Shown here: positions 1-9,941 of the stretch, piece after piece
How the letters are laid out: the number at the start of each line of letters is the position of its first letter
Position numbering within the stretch: position 1 is the first letter of the stretch
Assembly (NCBI GenBank): GCA_963693365.1
Contig: CAVNZM010000008.1
Coordinates: forward strand, 3,501,572 to 3,565,571
Direction of reading: 5' to 3'
DNA from: Amoebidium appalachense
Lineage: Eukaryota > Protista > Ichthyosporea
Length of the DNA stretch: 64,000 bases
The notes under the pieces: model-generated
What the model saw: only the letters and a program-made list of their open reading frames with translations
Databases searched by the model: none
What the model was told of the DNA's origin: nothing
Translations under genes and position numbers: made by a program

Positions 1-1733
1 ATTAAATTAAAAAAAATATAGGCGATTAGTAGTTGGTGTTTTTGCGGTCCTAACACAGAAGGGACTCAACACGTAGAGTAAAAAAATATCTATCAGCCAT
101 AGACTTGAAACTATTCACGCTCGAATTGACATGGTCACACAATCTGACAAAATGATACAGAAGAATGTGCTCCCGACTTCCAAACTTTGTCCCAGGAATT
201 TCCACGCTTTTCACAATCTAAAGGTGTGGGCGGCAGAAAAAAGGGCTTCAAATCAAAAGGTAACAACCAGTGGTGCATGTTACATATTGCCATTCATGAA
301 TTATTAATTAATATTTGATGTTTCAGTAGTAACATAATGGAAGTTGTCATAAAAAATACGACATACACGCGGACTTGAGCCTCTGCTCTCTCCAATCAAC
401 TTAGATTTCTAATCTAACAGAAATATGGTTGGAATTTAGACCTCCTGACTTTGCGCCAACTATGTGATGTGATGTGACGTGATGTTAACGTGGTATGCGG
501 TTGGTCCTGAATGACATTTTATTCCGCCAACTCAAACCCGAACTGTGCAGGTGACAACTTTGCATGTCACGGGCAGTTGCGATAGTGCAAACAGGTGCAA
601 AAACAGGGATACACTAGATAGTAACATGGTCATCGATAGCTTGCCCCTGCGCTCATTGTCGTTGTTGGCATATACATACACAGCTGAATGTACTGCAAAG
701 TTTCGTACTAATTAGACACTTGACAGCACTAATTAGGCTACTATTCTCGAGCTCTAATGTAGTGGGTAGTAGATATGGCGCCTCAGCAGGAAAACGGGAT
801 GCTGGATCCATAATCAGAAATGTTTACTACAGTGACGTGAATAAGGCTTGAATAAGATATCACCTGTGATTTTTTGATTTTTTTTTGATTTTTTTTCCCC
901 CTCAGCTTTCTCGAACACAAACTTCATGGCGCGTCTTGCCATTCATTCACTCTCTCCAGTTCTTCTGACAACGTTTTTCAGCATCCGCTTGTTTCTTTCG
1001 TCTACCTTTGCCAATAATTTTAACTCAACTTCAGGTGTCTCATTTGTCATGTGCTGAGCTGATTCGTATTAGTTTGCTTCTATATTTTGTGTTTTGGTGA
1101 GTGAATTTCGGGGGTTTTCTTGCATAGTGATGCCGGGGTCTAAGTGGGGTATGAGGAGATTAATCAGTGGTATGGGGAGAACCTGATGCGGCGGCGGCTG
1201 ATTGTTAAAGGTGCGCGCGTGCATGCACAATGCCTCTGCGTACTCTCCATGTTAAATGTTGTATTGCTTCTTGCTGTGTGCGTGGCGAGACCCATGTTGC
1301 CTGCTCGCGTGTGTGTATGCTTATATGTATTCAATTTGTGAGTAAACGTGTGTACGTGTTGTAGTGCTGTAGGGGTGTCTGAGGTCGCGGTAGCCAATGG
1401 TGTGGAGTGCGTGTAGTCTGTGATGAGGGAGTGTTGTGATTGGCTGAATGTCACTGTGGTATTTGTCTGGCCAGTGGGCCGCGTGTCTGTGAAGTGTCTC
1501 GCGGGGTCGCGGGCTTTTCGAAGTTCTTCTAAGAACTCGTTTTTCTCGCTTCCCACCCAACTCAAAGAAAAGTTTATACGTATACACAGTTTCGAGCCCC
1601 TTTAAGCGTGCAGATAGTTAGAGTAGTTTGTATACACTCTGTTTGTAGACACGACATCATTCACCAACGTAGAAATTTGTCGTTAACGCAAGACTCTGAG
1701 TGTAAGACTAGCGTCACTGCTATCCTGGGAAAT

Positions 1734-2240
1734 ATGAAGCAGCCCGGATCAGGCATACAGAGTTCCTCTCTCACTGTACATGTAGACGTGCACTCGAAGA
1801 AAAAACCTAAAGAAAATGAAGCAGCCGAGCAGGAAGAAAAGACGCACAGACTATACCTTTGGTGGTCGTGGGTGGGGTTTCTGGTTGTTTCTCTTCTACT
1901 GGTTTCACTTGAGGTTGTGACCATGTACTTTGCACGGGTGGCGAGCACTTTGGATACTATGTCGTTAGTGATTTTGAACGGAATCACGTCGGATTTGGAA
2001 GCTGCGGCCGCCTTCACAACGACACACCCAAATGCAACGACGGTGGAAAAACTGAACAACGTGAAGTCTCTTCTTGAACTTGCTGCAAAATACTCCGCAG
2101 CCGTGGAATCCGAAACGGAGTCGGGAAAGAGAATGTTCAACATTTTACTTGTTCCCATTGTGGTTCAGGGGGTTCTGTTCACAGCGTGTGGAATTACGCT
2201 CTGGGCGCTGCGAAACCACCGCGTTGTGAAGTCTCGTTGA
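1734..2240 (+). CDS. Hypothetical membrane protein (two predicted TM helices), possibly truncated by LTR insertion
   Basis: ATG at 1734 within ORF 1608-2240. Non-repetitive sequence with hydrophobic segments LYLWWSWVGFLVVSLLLVSLEVV and ILLVPIVVQGVLFTACGITLWAL. The stop TGA (2238-2240) is also the first 3 nt of the LTR. Confidence 0.5.
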   Translation: MKQPGSGIQSSSLTVHVDVHSKKKPKENEAAEQEEKTHRLYLWWSWVGFLVVSLLLVSLEVVTMYFARVASTLDTMSLVILNGITSDLEAAAAFTTTHPNATTVEKLNNVKSLLELAAKYSAAVESETESGKRMFNILLVPIVVQGVLFTACGITLWALRNHRVVKSR

Positions 2241-2288
2241 CATATACTAATCCGTCTCAGCAGATTAGCCTAAGTCTACGATCGAGAT

Positions 2289-2329
<41 letters not shown>

Positions 2330-3028
2330 GGTGGCCCGGGTCCACAGATCATCAAGATCAAGTCCGGGGCCTCAAGATAGCTGTACAGCTGCGTGCATCT
2401 TGCCTCTGCCGGCGCAGGGCATTGGACCACGTCAGCCGGGACAGACGTCCAATAGAATTCTAATTAGTGTGTAGGATAGATCGTAGGAGGACTTAGGAAT
2501 GTGATTGTTCGGGCAGAAGCCCTTTTGTAAGGATTGGCAAGGTTTGATAGTATATGTTGCCAAACGTATTTATATATGTAGATGTAGAGGAAAGGGGGGA
2601 GCGGGAGCCGGGCATCGTCGTGGGTCCTCAAGACAGCGTCGAGGTGGTATGGCATGAATGTTTGTGGGGTGACTCTACCAAAGGTATGAATGGTGTGAAT
2701 GTTTTGTGGTTGGGGGAGGTTCCCCAGCCACAAGTGGATGGTCTCAGTGTTTCTTGTCCCAACCCGGTGTTTATTCTAACCACACCGGAGGGGGTTTCTG
2801 TGCCATTGTTTCCGGGAGGGGGGGGGGACACACACGAGTAAAAGGGGAAGGGGGGGGAAGGCACAGACACGTAGAAACACACCACCACAACAACATACGA
2901 CGGTTGCAGACACACCTACACCCACACACACACCCACACATACACCAAACACCCACACACCACCCACCCACACATCACACACACACACTCCACCACCACC
3001 CACACCACATACACACCCCACCCCACCC

Positions 3029-3859
3029 GTGCAGGCACCACAGGTAGGTATGTTGCACGTAGGTATCGAGGGTGTGAGTCTTCGTGGGCAAGGATTGGGT
3101 GTGAGTGATGATGTGTTGCTTGAATTGGAGGAGGATTTAGTTGGTTTTAGCCGGCATTATATAGACGTATGGTTAGCTGATGGTAAGTTGAAGGCTGTTG
3201 CTTTGCTCGATGGAGGGGCTCAGGTTAATTGTGTGCATGCTTCGTTTATTCGTCGTTTTAATCAGGCCGGGGGGGAAATTCCTATTTTAGATGCTTCTAG
3301 CACAGCCTTAGGTAGTGCTAATAATAGTAGTATGTCTGTGGAAGGTGTTTGTGTGTTGCCGTGTGAGATAGGTGGCCAGGCTATGCATGTTGCTTGTTAT
3401 GTGGTTAAGGATTTAGCCCAAAGTGTTTTGTTGGGAGCCCCATTGTTCCGTAGACATGTGAATGCTTTGTTTGAACGTACGAATGTTTTAGAATTGCAGT
3501 CCGGCGTTAAAATTAAAACCCATGATGGGCTCGACGGTTATCAGTCTGGTGCTGGAACGGTAGCTGAAGTAGTAATCGAGCCTTATCAGTGCCAAACGGT
3601 ACGTGTCCGGGCCGGCAATCATGTTAGGATAGGGGATTTAGGGGTTTTTACTCCGAAAACCCCATTTCAGGAGGTGGCCCAATGGACCCTTAGTAGGGTA
3701 TGGCCGGATAAGACAATAGAAATAGAATTAGTGAATCCGGGCATCGAGCCTATAGTGATTAGGTCAGGTGTTTCCGTCGGTAGTTTCACTAATGAGATTG
3801 GTAGTATAGAGGTCTCTCTTATTACCCAAATTTTTAACAGACAATGGGAGAAATTGTAA
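3029..3859 (+). CDS. Retrotransposon aspartic protease plus dUTPase-like domain (pol N-terminal part, copy 1)
   Basis: ALLDGGAQVNCV retropepsin motif and VLLG motif. The downstream beta-rich segment ...IELVNPGIEPIVIRSGVSVGSF resembles the dUTPase-like domain of Gypsy pol. Confidence 0.85.
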   Translation: MQAPQVGMLHVGIEGVSLRGQGLGVSDDVLLELEEDLVGFSRHYIDVWLADGKLKAVALLDGGAQVNCVHASFIRRFNQAGGEIPILDASSTALGSANNSSMSVEGVCVLPCEIGGQAMHVACYVVKDLAQSVLLGAPLFRRHVNALFERTNVLELQSGVKIKTHDGLDGYQSGAGTVAEVVIEPYQCQTVRVRAGNHVRIGDLGVFTPKTPFQEVAQWTLSRVWPDKTIEIELVNPGIEPIVIRSGVSVGSFTNEIGSIEVSLITQIFNRQWEKL

Positions 3860-4080
3860 AGTTTACATATTTGGTTGTGACGTCACAACAGGGGTGTTTT
3901 ACCGTCATAAGAATATTGATAAAGCAAGATTTTTCATGAAATTCCGGAACGGGGGCTGCACGTGCGTGTAGAAGGTTAAAAAAGACAGGACTCTCAGAGT
4001 CCAGGCGGACTCTCATAGTCTGCTGGGAGGACCATACGAGCCGACCCAAAATGTAAACTTTACATTTTCTCCCATTGTCT
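3839..4080. other. 242-nt inverted-repeat-bounded structured insert between PR/dUTPase and RT (same segment at 9700-9941)
   Basis: AGACAATGGGAGAAATTGTAAAGTTTACAT... (3839-3877) pairs with ...ATGTAAACTTTACATTTTCTCCCATTGTCT (4042-4080), ~39 bp with ~3 mismatches. Flanked by TTAA at 3834-3837 and 4081-4084. Contains stops and several internal palindromes/hairpins. Confidence 0.85.
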
Positions 4081-6072
4081 TTAAAGGAGGATGCCGGCTC
4101 GAAGGGTGACTCAGGAGGAGGGGGAACAACTTTATTTAACGTTAGCCACCAAAATGTCACCCGACACGATGGGGGGGGGGACCGGGACAGCACCGGTCCC
4201 ACTCCCCCGACCCCCAAGAGGAAGGAAGGTCACCCCGGGTGTGAGAATGTGCAGGCAGGGGGGGAGGGTGTTGGTCTAACCCGTGGATCTGACGGGTTAA
4301 CCAACACCGTGGGGGGCAGGGTGGCCACAGACCTGGCCCCCCACATACATGCACTAACTCATCAGGAATTGCCCGGGGGCATTGGTGTGCCGGGGGGAGG
4401 GGGGGGTACTAAGGGTGACCGCCTATATCCGGAGGTACCTCACCCTCACCCCGAGCAGCACCGATGTAATACAGGAGGTGAAATGTTAAGTGGCACTCCG
4501 GTGAATAAGGATGCATCCACTTGTGATGGGGGTAACCCGGAGTTAGTATTGCCGTTTGGTATGAAGGAGGGGGATTGGACGGTAGAACAGAAAAAATTGT
4601 TAGCTCAGTTATTTGATAGGACTCGGTTTGCATTTCTGGCCGATGATAACGAAGTAGGCTTCGTTAAAGGGTTTGAAATGCAGATCGACACAGGTGATAA
4701 TAGGCCGGTAGTGATGCCTAGCTATAGAATGGAGCAGTATAAATTGTCGGATGCGCTAATAATAGTGAGTGATATGTTAAAAAAGGGTCATGTGGAGCAT
4801 AGTTCGAGTCCGTGGAGAAGTCCGGTGCTATTGGTTAAGAAGCCCGACGGGTCTTGGCGTCTAGTGAACGATTACAGGGCTCTGAATCGGATCACTAAGG
4901 CAGACCAATGGCCTCTCCCTAACATAGACGAGCAGCTTTCACAGCTGCACGGCTATACTCACTTTGCTAAACTTGATTTAAAAGCAGCTTTTTGGCAGAT
5001 AAGGTTGGAGGAGAGCAGCAAGGAGAAGACTGCCTTTGCACTGGGTGACCAGCTGTTCCAGTACAAGGTGGTGCCGATGGGTTTGCTCTCCTCTCCAGCT
5101 ATGTTGTGCCGGGTAATGTATAAAATTCTCCACCCTCATTTGGATGTATGCCACCCTTATTTGGATGATGTTTTAATTAAAGGTAGGTCATTTGAGGAGT
5201 TAGTTAATAATTGTGAAAAAGTATTTTTAGCTTTGGGTGAGTCTGGTCTTCGTATTAGCGGTAGCAAGACTGTGATTGGTGTGCCGGAGGTTAAGTTTTT
5301 AGGTCATATTGTGTCTAGTAATGGTCTTTCCCCTGATCCGGAGAAAATCCGGGCCATAGTTGAGTGGCCCCGTCCTCAGACTGTCACTCAACTAAGGCAA
5401 TTTTTAGGTTTAACTAATTATCTTCGTCGTTATATTAAGGATTATAGTATGCTTGCTTTGCCGTTAACTAGTCAGACGGGGGGGGAGAAGAAGAATAGAA
5501 TAGATTGGAATGTGGATGCTGTTTCTGCTTTCGAAAAGCTTAAGTTAGCTTTGCAGTCTTCGAGTATGCTTGTTCATCCTGATTTTTCGGCCGGGGGGGG
5601 GATGTTTAAAGTTCGGTGTGATGCAAGTAAGGTTGCTGAAGGGGCCGTGTTATATCAAGTGCAGGAGGGGCAGGATAGGGTGATTGCTTATGCTAGTCGT
5701 TCATTTAGTAAAAGTGAACGTAGATATAGCAATCCAGAGAGAGAGTCCCATGCTATCTTTTGGGCAGTCTCACAGGCATGGAGGTATATACTCGCAGGCA
5801 GGACGTTTGAGGTCTACACCGACCACAAGCCCTGCCTAGCCATGGCCGGCACCACTCGTCTGGTCAACGAGAGGATGCAGAAGTGGGCCGCGGCTCTCGG
5901 TGAGTTCTCCTATAAATTGTTTTATGCCAAGGGTGAAACAATGGTTGACTGTGATGCTCTCTCTCGTGCTGCTTATATTTTGTTTGAAGAAGAGAAGGAG
6001 GGGGAGGGGGGGATAGTGAGAGACGGGGGGGGGAGGGGGGAAGGGGGGGGGAGAGTGAGCAGAAAGGAATAG
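4075..6072 (+). CDS. Ty3/Gypsy reverse transcriptase-RNase H (copy 1)
   Basis: SPWRSPVLLVKKPDGSWRLVNDYRALN, LDLKAAFWQI, VPMGL, YLDD, RNase H CDAS...YSNPERESHAI...YTDHKP...DALSR. Confidence 0.95.
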   Translation: MSLKEDAGSKGDSGGGGTTLFNVSHQNVTRHDGGGDRDSTGPTPPTPKRKEGHPGCENVQAGGEGVGLTRGSDGLTNTVGGRVATDLAPHIHALTHQELPGGIGVPGGGGGTKGDRLYPEVPHPHPEQHRCNTGGEMLSGTPVNKDASTCDGGNPELVLPFGMKEGDWTVEQKKLLAQLFDRTRFAFLADDNEVGFVKGFEMQIDTGDNRPVVMPSYRMEQYKLSDALIIVSDMLKKGHVEHSSSPWRSPVLLVKKPDGSWRLVNDYRALNRITKADQWPLPNIDEQLSQLHGYTHFAKLDLKAAFWQIRLEESSKEKTAFALGDQLFQYKVVPMGLLSSPAMLCRVMYKILHPHLDVCHPYLDDVLIKGRSFEELVNNCEKVFLALGESGLRISGSKTVIGVPEVKFLGHIVSSNGLSPDPEKIRAIVEWPRPQTVTQLRQFLGLTNYLRRYIKDYSMLALPLTSQTGGEKKNRIDWNVDAVSAFEKLKLALQSSSMLVHPDFSAGGGMFKVRCDASKVAEGAVLYQVQEGQDRVIAYASRSFSKSERRYSNPERESHAIFWAVSQAWRYILAGRTFEVYTDHKPCLAMAGTTRLVNERMQKWAAALGEFSYKLFYAKGETMVDCDALSRAAYILFEEEKEGEGGIVRDGGGRGEGGGRVSRKE

Positions 6073-6112
6073 ATGCTGTGTCTGTGGATGTGTCTTCTTG
6101 GGTTCCGGGGTT

Positions 6113-6849
6113 TGACATATACTAATCCGTCTCAGCAGATTAGCCTAAGTCTACGATCGAGATCGGGGGGGGGGGGGGGGGGGGGGGGGGGAGGGGGCCC
6201 GGGTCCACAGATCATCAAGATCAAGTCCGGGGCCTCAAGATAGCTGTACAGCTGCGTGCATCTTGCCTCTGCCGGCGCAGGGCATTGGACCACGTCAGCC
6301 GGGACAGACGTCCAATAGAATTCTAATTAGTGTGTAGGATAGATCGTAGGAGGACTTAGGAATGTGATTGTTCGGGCAGAAGCCCTTTTGTAAGGATTGG
6401 CAAGGTTTGATAGTATATGTTGCCAAACGTATTTATATATGTAGATGTAGAGGAAAGGGGGGGAGGGAGGGGGGGGAGGATAGTATGAAATGTAGATTTA
6501 GACTCTGCGGTGCCACTAGGGGGAGGGGGAGGGGTGAGACTTGGATAAATATATTAGTTGAGTAGATCGACTTAGCTCGTGCAGGCGCACGATAAAAGTA
6601 GATCGGAATGTTAATGGAATGTGGCATCGTAGGGGGCCAGGTGATGATGATCTTGTAGGGCACGGCCTTGATGGCCTCAGTCGTAACTTAGACTCATTCC
6701 GTACGGATCTAAGTTTGCCCGTCGGAGCCTGGTCTGAATAAACTTTACCGTTTTTCCGTACACGTTCGTTCCTTTTCGTGTGTGTACACTTAGTAGAGTG
6801 CCGCGTCTCTAGTACACATATATTAGGATACGACAAGCTACACCTTTCA
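6113..6849 (+). repeat. 5' LTR of Gypsy copy 2
   Basis: Starts TGACA, as do the copies at 2238 and 14004. Internal poly-G run and AATAAA near 6737. Probable end ...CCTTTCA at 6849 (TGA...TCA); 6842 is an alternative end. Confidence 0.8.
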
Positions 6850-6986
6850 TTTAGTGCGGTTTCTCGCGCTAGGGTAACGCGGTGACAGTTCCTTCTGGGC
6901 TGTTGCTACACCTCAAACACACAGAAAAAAAAAAAAAAAAAAAAAAAAATAAACACAACCACACGAGTTAGGGCACACACTACACA

Positions 6987-8321
6987 ATGGCTAAGTTTAA
7001 CGTAGACATGTTCTACGCATTGGCAGCGGAGGATAGCTCCCTGCACACACAGGTCCCACAGGTTCATACACTAGACGTTAGACAGACCACCGCTTTCAGT
7101 TTTACACTCAAACACGACTCGGAAATACCTAGGTGGCTTAGGACACTCCTAGCTAACACACCCACACTAGTGTTAGACACAAAGAAGGCCCCCACTGTAG
7201 CGGCCTCGTGCTTAATGATCAAACAGTGCATCGACCACAAAACAATGGCCGACTTATGCACCCTGATGGAGGAGCACCCGTACCGGGCCGAGCAGGCCCC
7301 CCAGGTGACGGCTCGTATATACGAGCAGCAGTACGACGAGGGGAGGGACGAGATGGTGTCCCGGACACTCGGCCAGAAACGTCTGGCCGCACGGTTCATC
7401 CCCGACGACGAGGACGAGAATAGCACCGACGACGTGGACGGGGAGCTCGAGGCCTTCACACGGCCAGAAAACGAGCTCGAGTATACGGCCCGGCTCGTCG
7501 GCCGATACCTGACGGCCGACCGGCGCCGTACCTTCCGGGCCCAGCTCAGAGAATGGAAGTATACCTTTCCCACTTTAGATATGTCCCCCGTAGAAGCTCG
7601 TGCATTCTTTGAGAGGGAATATCGGGTCTTTGAAGACCTTTGTGAGTTAGCTGGTGATGTGAGTGATAGGGAAAAATTCGAGTTTGCTCGTAAGGCTCTC
7701 TCTGTAAACACAGACACTGCACGCATGTTTGGGGAGCATGATGATGTAGATGAGGTGGTGTTGCATGTTAAACGTCACTTGCTTGCCATGCACGAGGTGA
7801 AGTTCAATAAGAGGGATAAAAAGGAGGTGATGGAAGTAGACAAGAAAAAGAAGGAGAGTGGACAGAAGGGGGAAAAAGAGAAAAAAGAGGGTGAACAGCC
7901 AGATGCACTCACCATGTTGGTCAAGCAGGTTGCCGAGCTCTCCCAGGCCGTCTTCTCTGGCCGAGGGGGCTTCGGCTTCCGGGGTGGCCGTGGCGGCGAC
8001 CGGGGTGGACACGGCGGTCGTGGCCGAGGTGGACGTGGAGGACAACAGCAGCAGTTCACCGAGAGGTTTGCCCCTTATCTTGCTCGTGGTGGTGGGCAGG
8101 GTAGAGGGAGGGGTGGAAATGGTGGTGAGAGAGGCCGAGGGGGGCAGGGGGGAAGGGGGGGCCGTGGTGCACACGGTGGGCCCCCCCAGCATGACCGGGC
8201 TCCCGGTTATGCTTTGCGCCAAGGTTTTGAAGTCCCCCCTGGCCCCTTCTTTGGTGCATGTTACTTTTGTGGCCGGCAAGGGCACTCTGCTGCATATTGC
8301 CGTAGTTACAAGAGCTATTGA
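6987..8321 (+). CDS. gag: Retrotransposon Gag with RGG-rich region and C-terminal CCHC zinc knuckle
   Basis: 444-aa ATG-initiated ORF just downstream of the LTR. RGG repeats followed by CYFCGRQGHSAAYC (CX2CX4HX4C). Confidence 0.9.
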   Translation: MAKFNVDMFYALAAEDSSLHTQVPQVHTLDVRQTTAFSFTLKHDSEIPRWLRTLLANTPTLVLDTKKAPTVAASCLMIKQCIDHKTMADLCTLMEEHPYRAEQAPQVTARIYEQQYDEGRDEMVSRTLGQKRLAARFIPDDEDENSTDDVDGELEAFTRPENELEYTARLVGRYLTADRRRTFRAQLREWKYTFPTLDMSPVEARAFFEREYRVFEDLCELAGDVSDREKFEFARKALSVNTDTARMFGEHDDVDEVVLHVKRHLLAMHEVKFNKRDKKEVMEVDKKKKESGQKGEKEKKEGEQPDALTMLVKQVAELSQAVFSGRGGFGFRGGRGGDRGGHGGRGRGGRGGQQQQFTERFAPYLARGGGQGRGRGGNGGERGRGGQGGRGGRGAHGGPPQHDRAPGYALRQGFEVPPGPFFGACYFCGRQGHSAAYCRSYKSY

Positions 8322-9720
8322 GTTCCGGGGGAGGGGGAAGCTGGGGTCACTGAGGGAGGGGGGGGGACAGTATCGGTCCCCCCCAGGTTGCAGAGAACCT
8401 TCACCCTCCCCCCACCCCAGGTTAAGCTTCCCTTTGCCCCCTCACCGCCCCGATACGTGTGGGAGCCGGGCATCGTCGTGGGTCCTCAAGACAGCGTCGA
8501 GGTGGTATGGCATGAATGTTTGTGGGGTGACTCTACCAAAGGTATGAATGGTGTGAATGTTTTGTGGTTGGGGGAGGTTCCCCAGCCACAAGTGGATGGT
8601 CTCAGTGTTTCTTGTCCCAACCCGGTGTTTATTCTAACCACACCGGAGGGGGTTTCTGTGCCATTGTTTCCGGGAGGGGGGGGGACACACACGAGTAAAA
8701 GGGGAAGGGGGGGGAAGGCACAGACACGTAGAAACACACCACCACAACAACATACGACGGTTGCAGACACACCTACACCCACACACACACCCACACATAC
8801 ACCAAACACACACACACCACCCACCCACACATCACACACACACACTCCACCACCACCCACACCACATACACACCCCACCCCACCCGTGCAGGCACCACAG
8901 GTAGGTATGTTGCACGTAGGTATCGAGGGTGTGAGTCTTCGTGGGCAGGGATTGGGTGTGAGTGATGATGTGTTGCTTGAATTGGAGGAGGATTTAGTTG
9001 GTTTTAGCCGGCATTATATAGACGTATGGTTAGCTGATGGTAAGTTGAAGGCTGTTGCTTTGCTCGATGGAGGGGCTCAGGTTAATTGTGTGCATGCTTC
9101 GTTTATTCGTCGTTTTAATCAGGCCGGGGGGGAAATTCCTATTTTAGATGCTTCTAGCACAGCCTTAGGTAGTGCTAATAATAGTAGTATGTCTGTGGAA
9201 GGTGTTTGTGTGTTGCCGTGTGAGATAGGTGGCCAGGCTATGCATGTTGCTTGTTATGTGGTTAAGGATTTAGCCCAAAGTGTTTTGTTGGGAGCCCGGG
9301 CCATTTTTCCGTAGACATGTGAATGCTTTGTTTGAACGTACGAATGTTTTAGAATTGCAGTCCGGCGTTAAAATTAAAACCCATGATGGGCTCGACGGTT
9401 ATCAGTCTGGTGCTAGAACGGTAGCTGAAGTAGTAATCGAGCCTTATCAGTGCCAAACGGTACGTGTCCGGGCCGGCAATCATGTTAGGATAGGGGATTT
9501 AGGGGTTTTTACTCCGAAAACCCCATTTCAGGAGGTGGCCCAATGGACCCTTAGTAGGGTATGGCCGGATAAGACAATAGAAATAGAATTAGTGAATCCG
9601 GGCATCGAGCCTATAGTGATTAGGTCAGGTGTTTCCGTCGGTAGTTTCACTAATGAGATTGGTAGTATAGAGGTCTCTCTTATTACCCAAATTTTTAACA
9701 GACAATGGGAGAAATTGTAA
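8322..9720 (+). CDS. Protease + dUTPase-like region of pol, copy 2 (frameshift near 9297)
   Basis: ORFs 8388-9314 and 9280-9720 together reproduce the copy-1 protein. The frame is open from immediately after the gag TGA. Confidence 0.8.
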
Positions 9721-9941
9721 AGTTTACATATTTGGTTGTGACGTCACAACAGGGGTGTTTTACCGTCATAAGAATATTGATAAAGCAAGATTTTTCATGA
9801 AATTCCGGAACGGGGGCTGCACGTGCGTGTAGAAGGTTAAAAAAGACAGGACTCTCAGAGTCCAGGCGGACTCTCATAGTCTGCTGGGAGGACCATACGA
9901 GCCGACCCAAAATGTAAACTTTACATTTTCTCCCATTGTCT

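Larger units (their letters stand above)
2238..6112 (+). mobile_element. Ty3/Gypsy LTR retrotransposon, copy 1 (internally deleted, no gag, interrupted at 6112 by copy 2)
   Basis: 2238-~2601 matches the LTR start at 6113 (TGACATATACTAATCCG...). It then jumps to sequence matching 8461 onward. Encodes PR, RT and RNase H, and breaks at ...CCGGGGTT (equivalent to ~11972) where the second LTR begins. Confidence 0.93.

Noticed and set aside
4083-4093. Shine-Dalgarno-like AAAGGAGG before ATG 4091
   Set aside because: Eukaryotic context and zero spacing; treated as coincidence.
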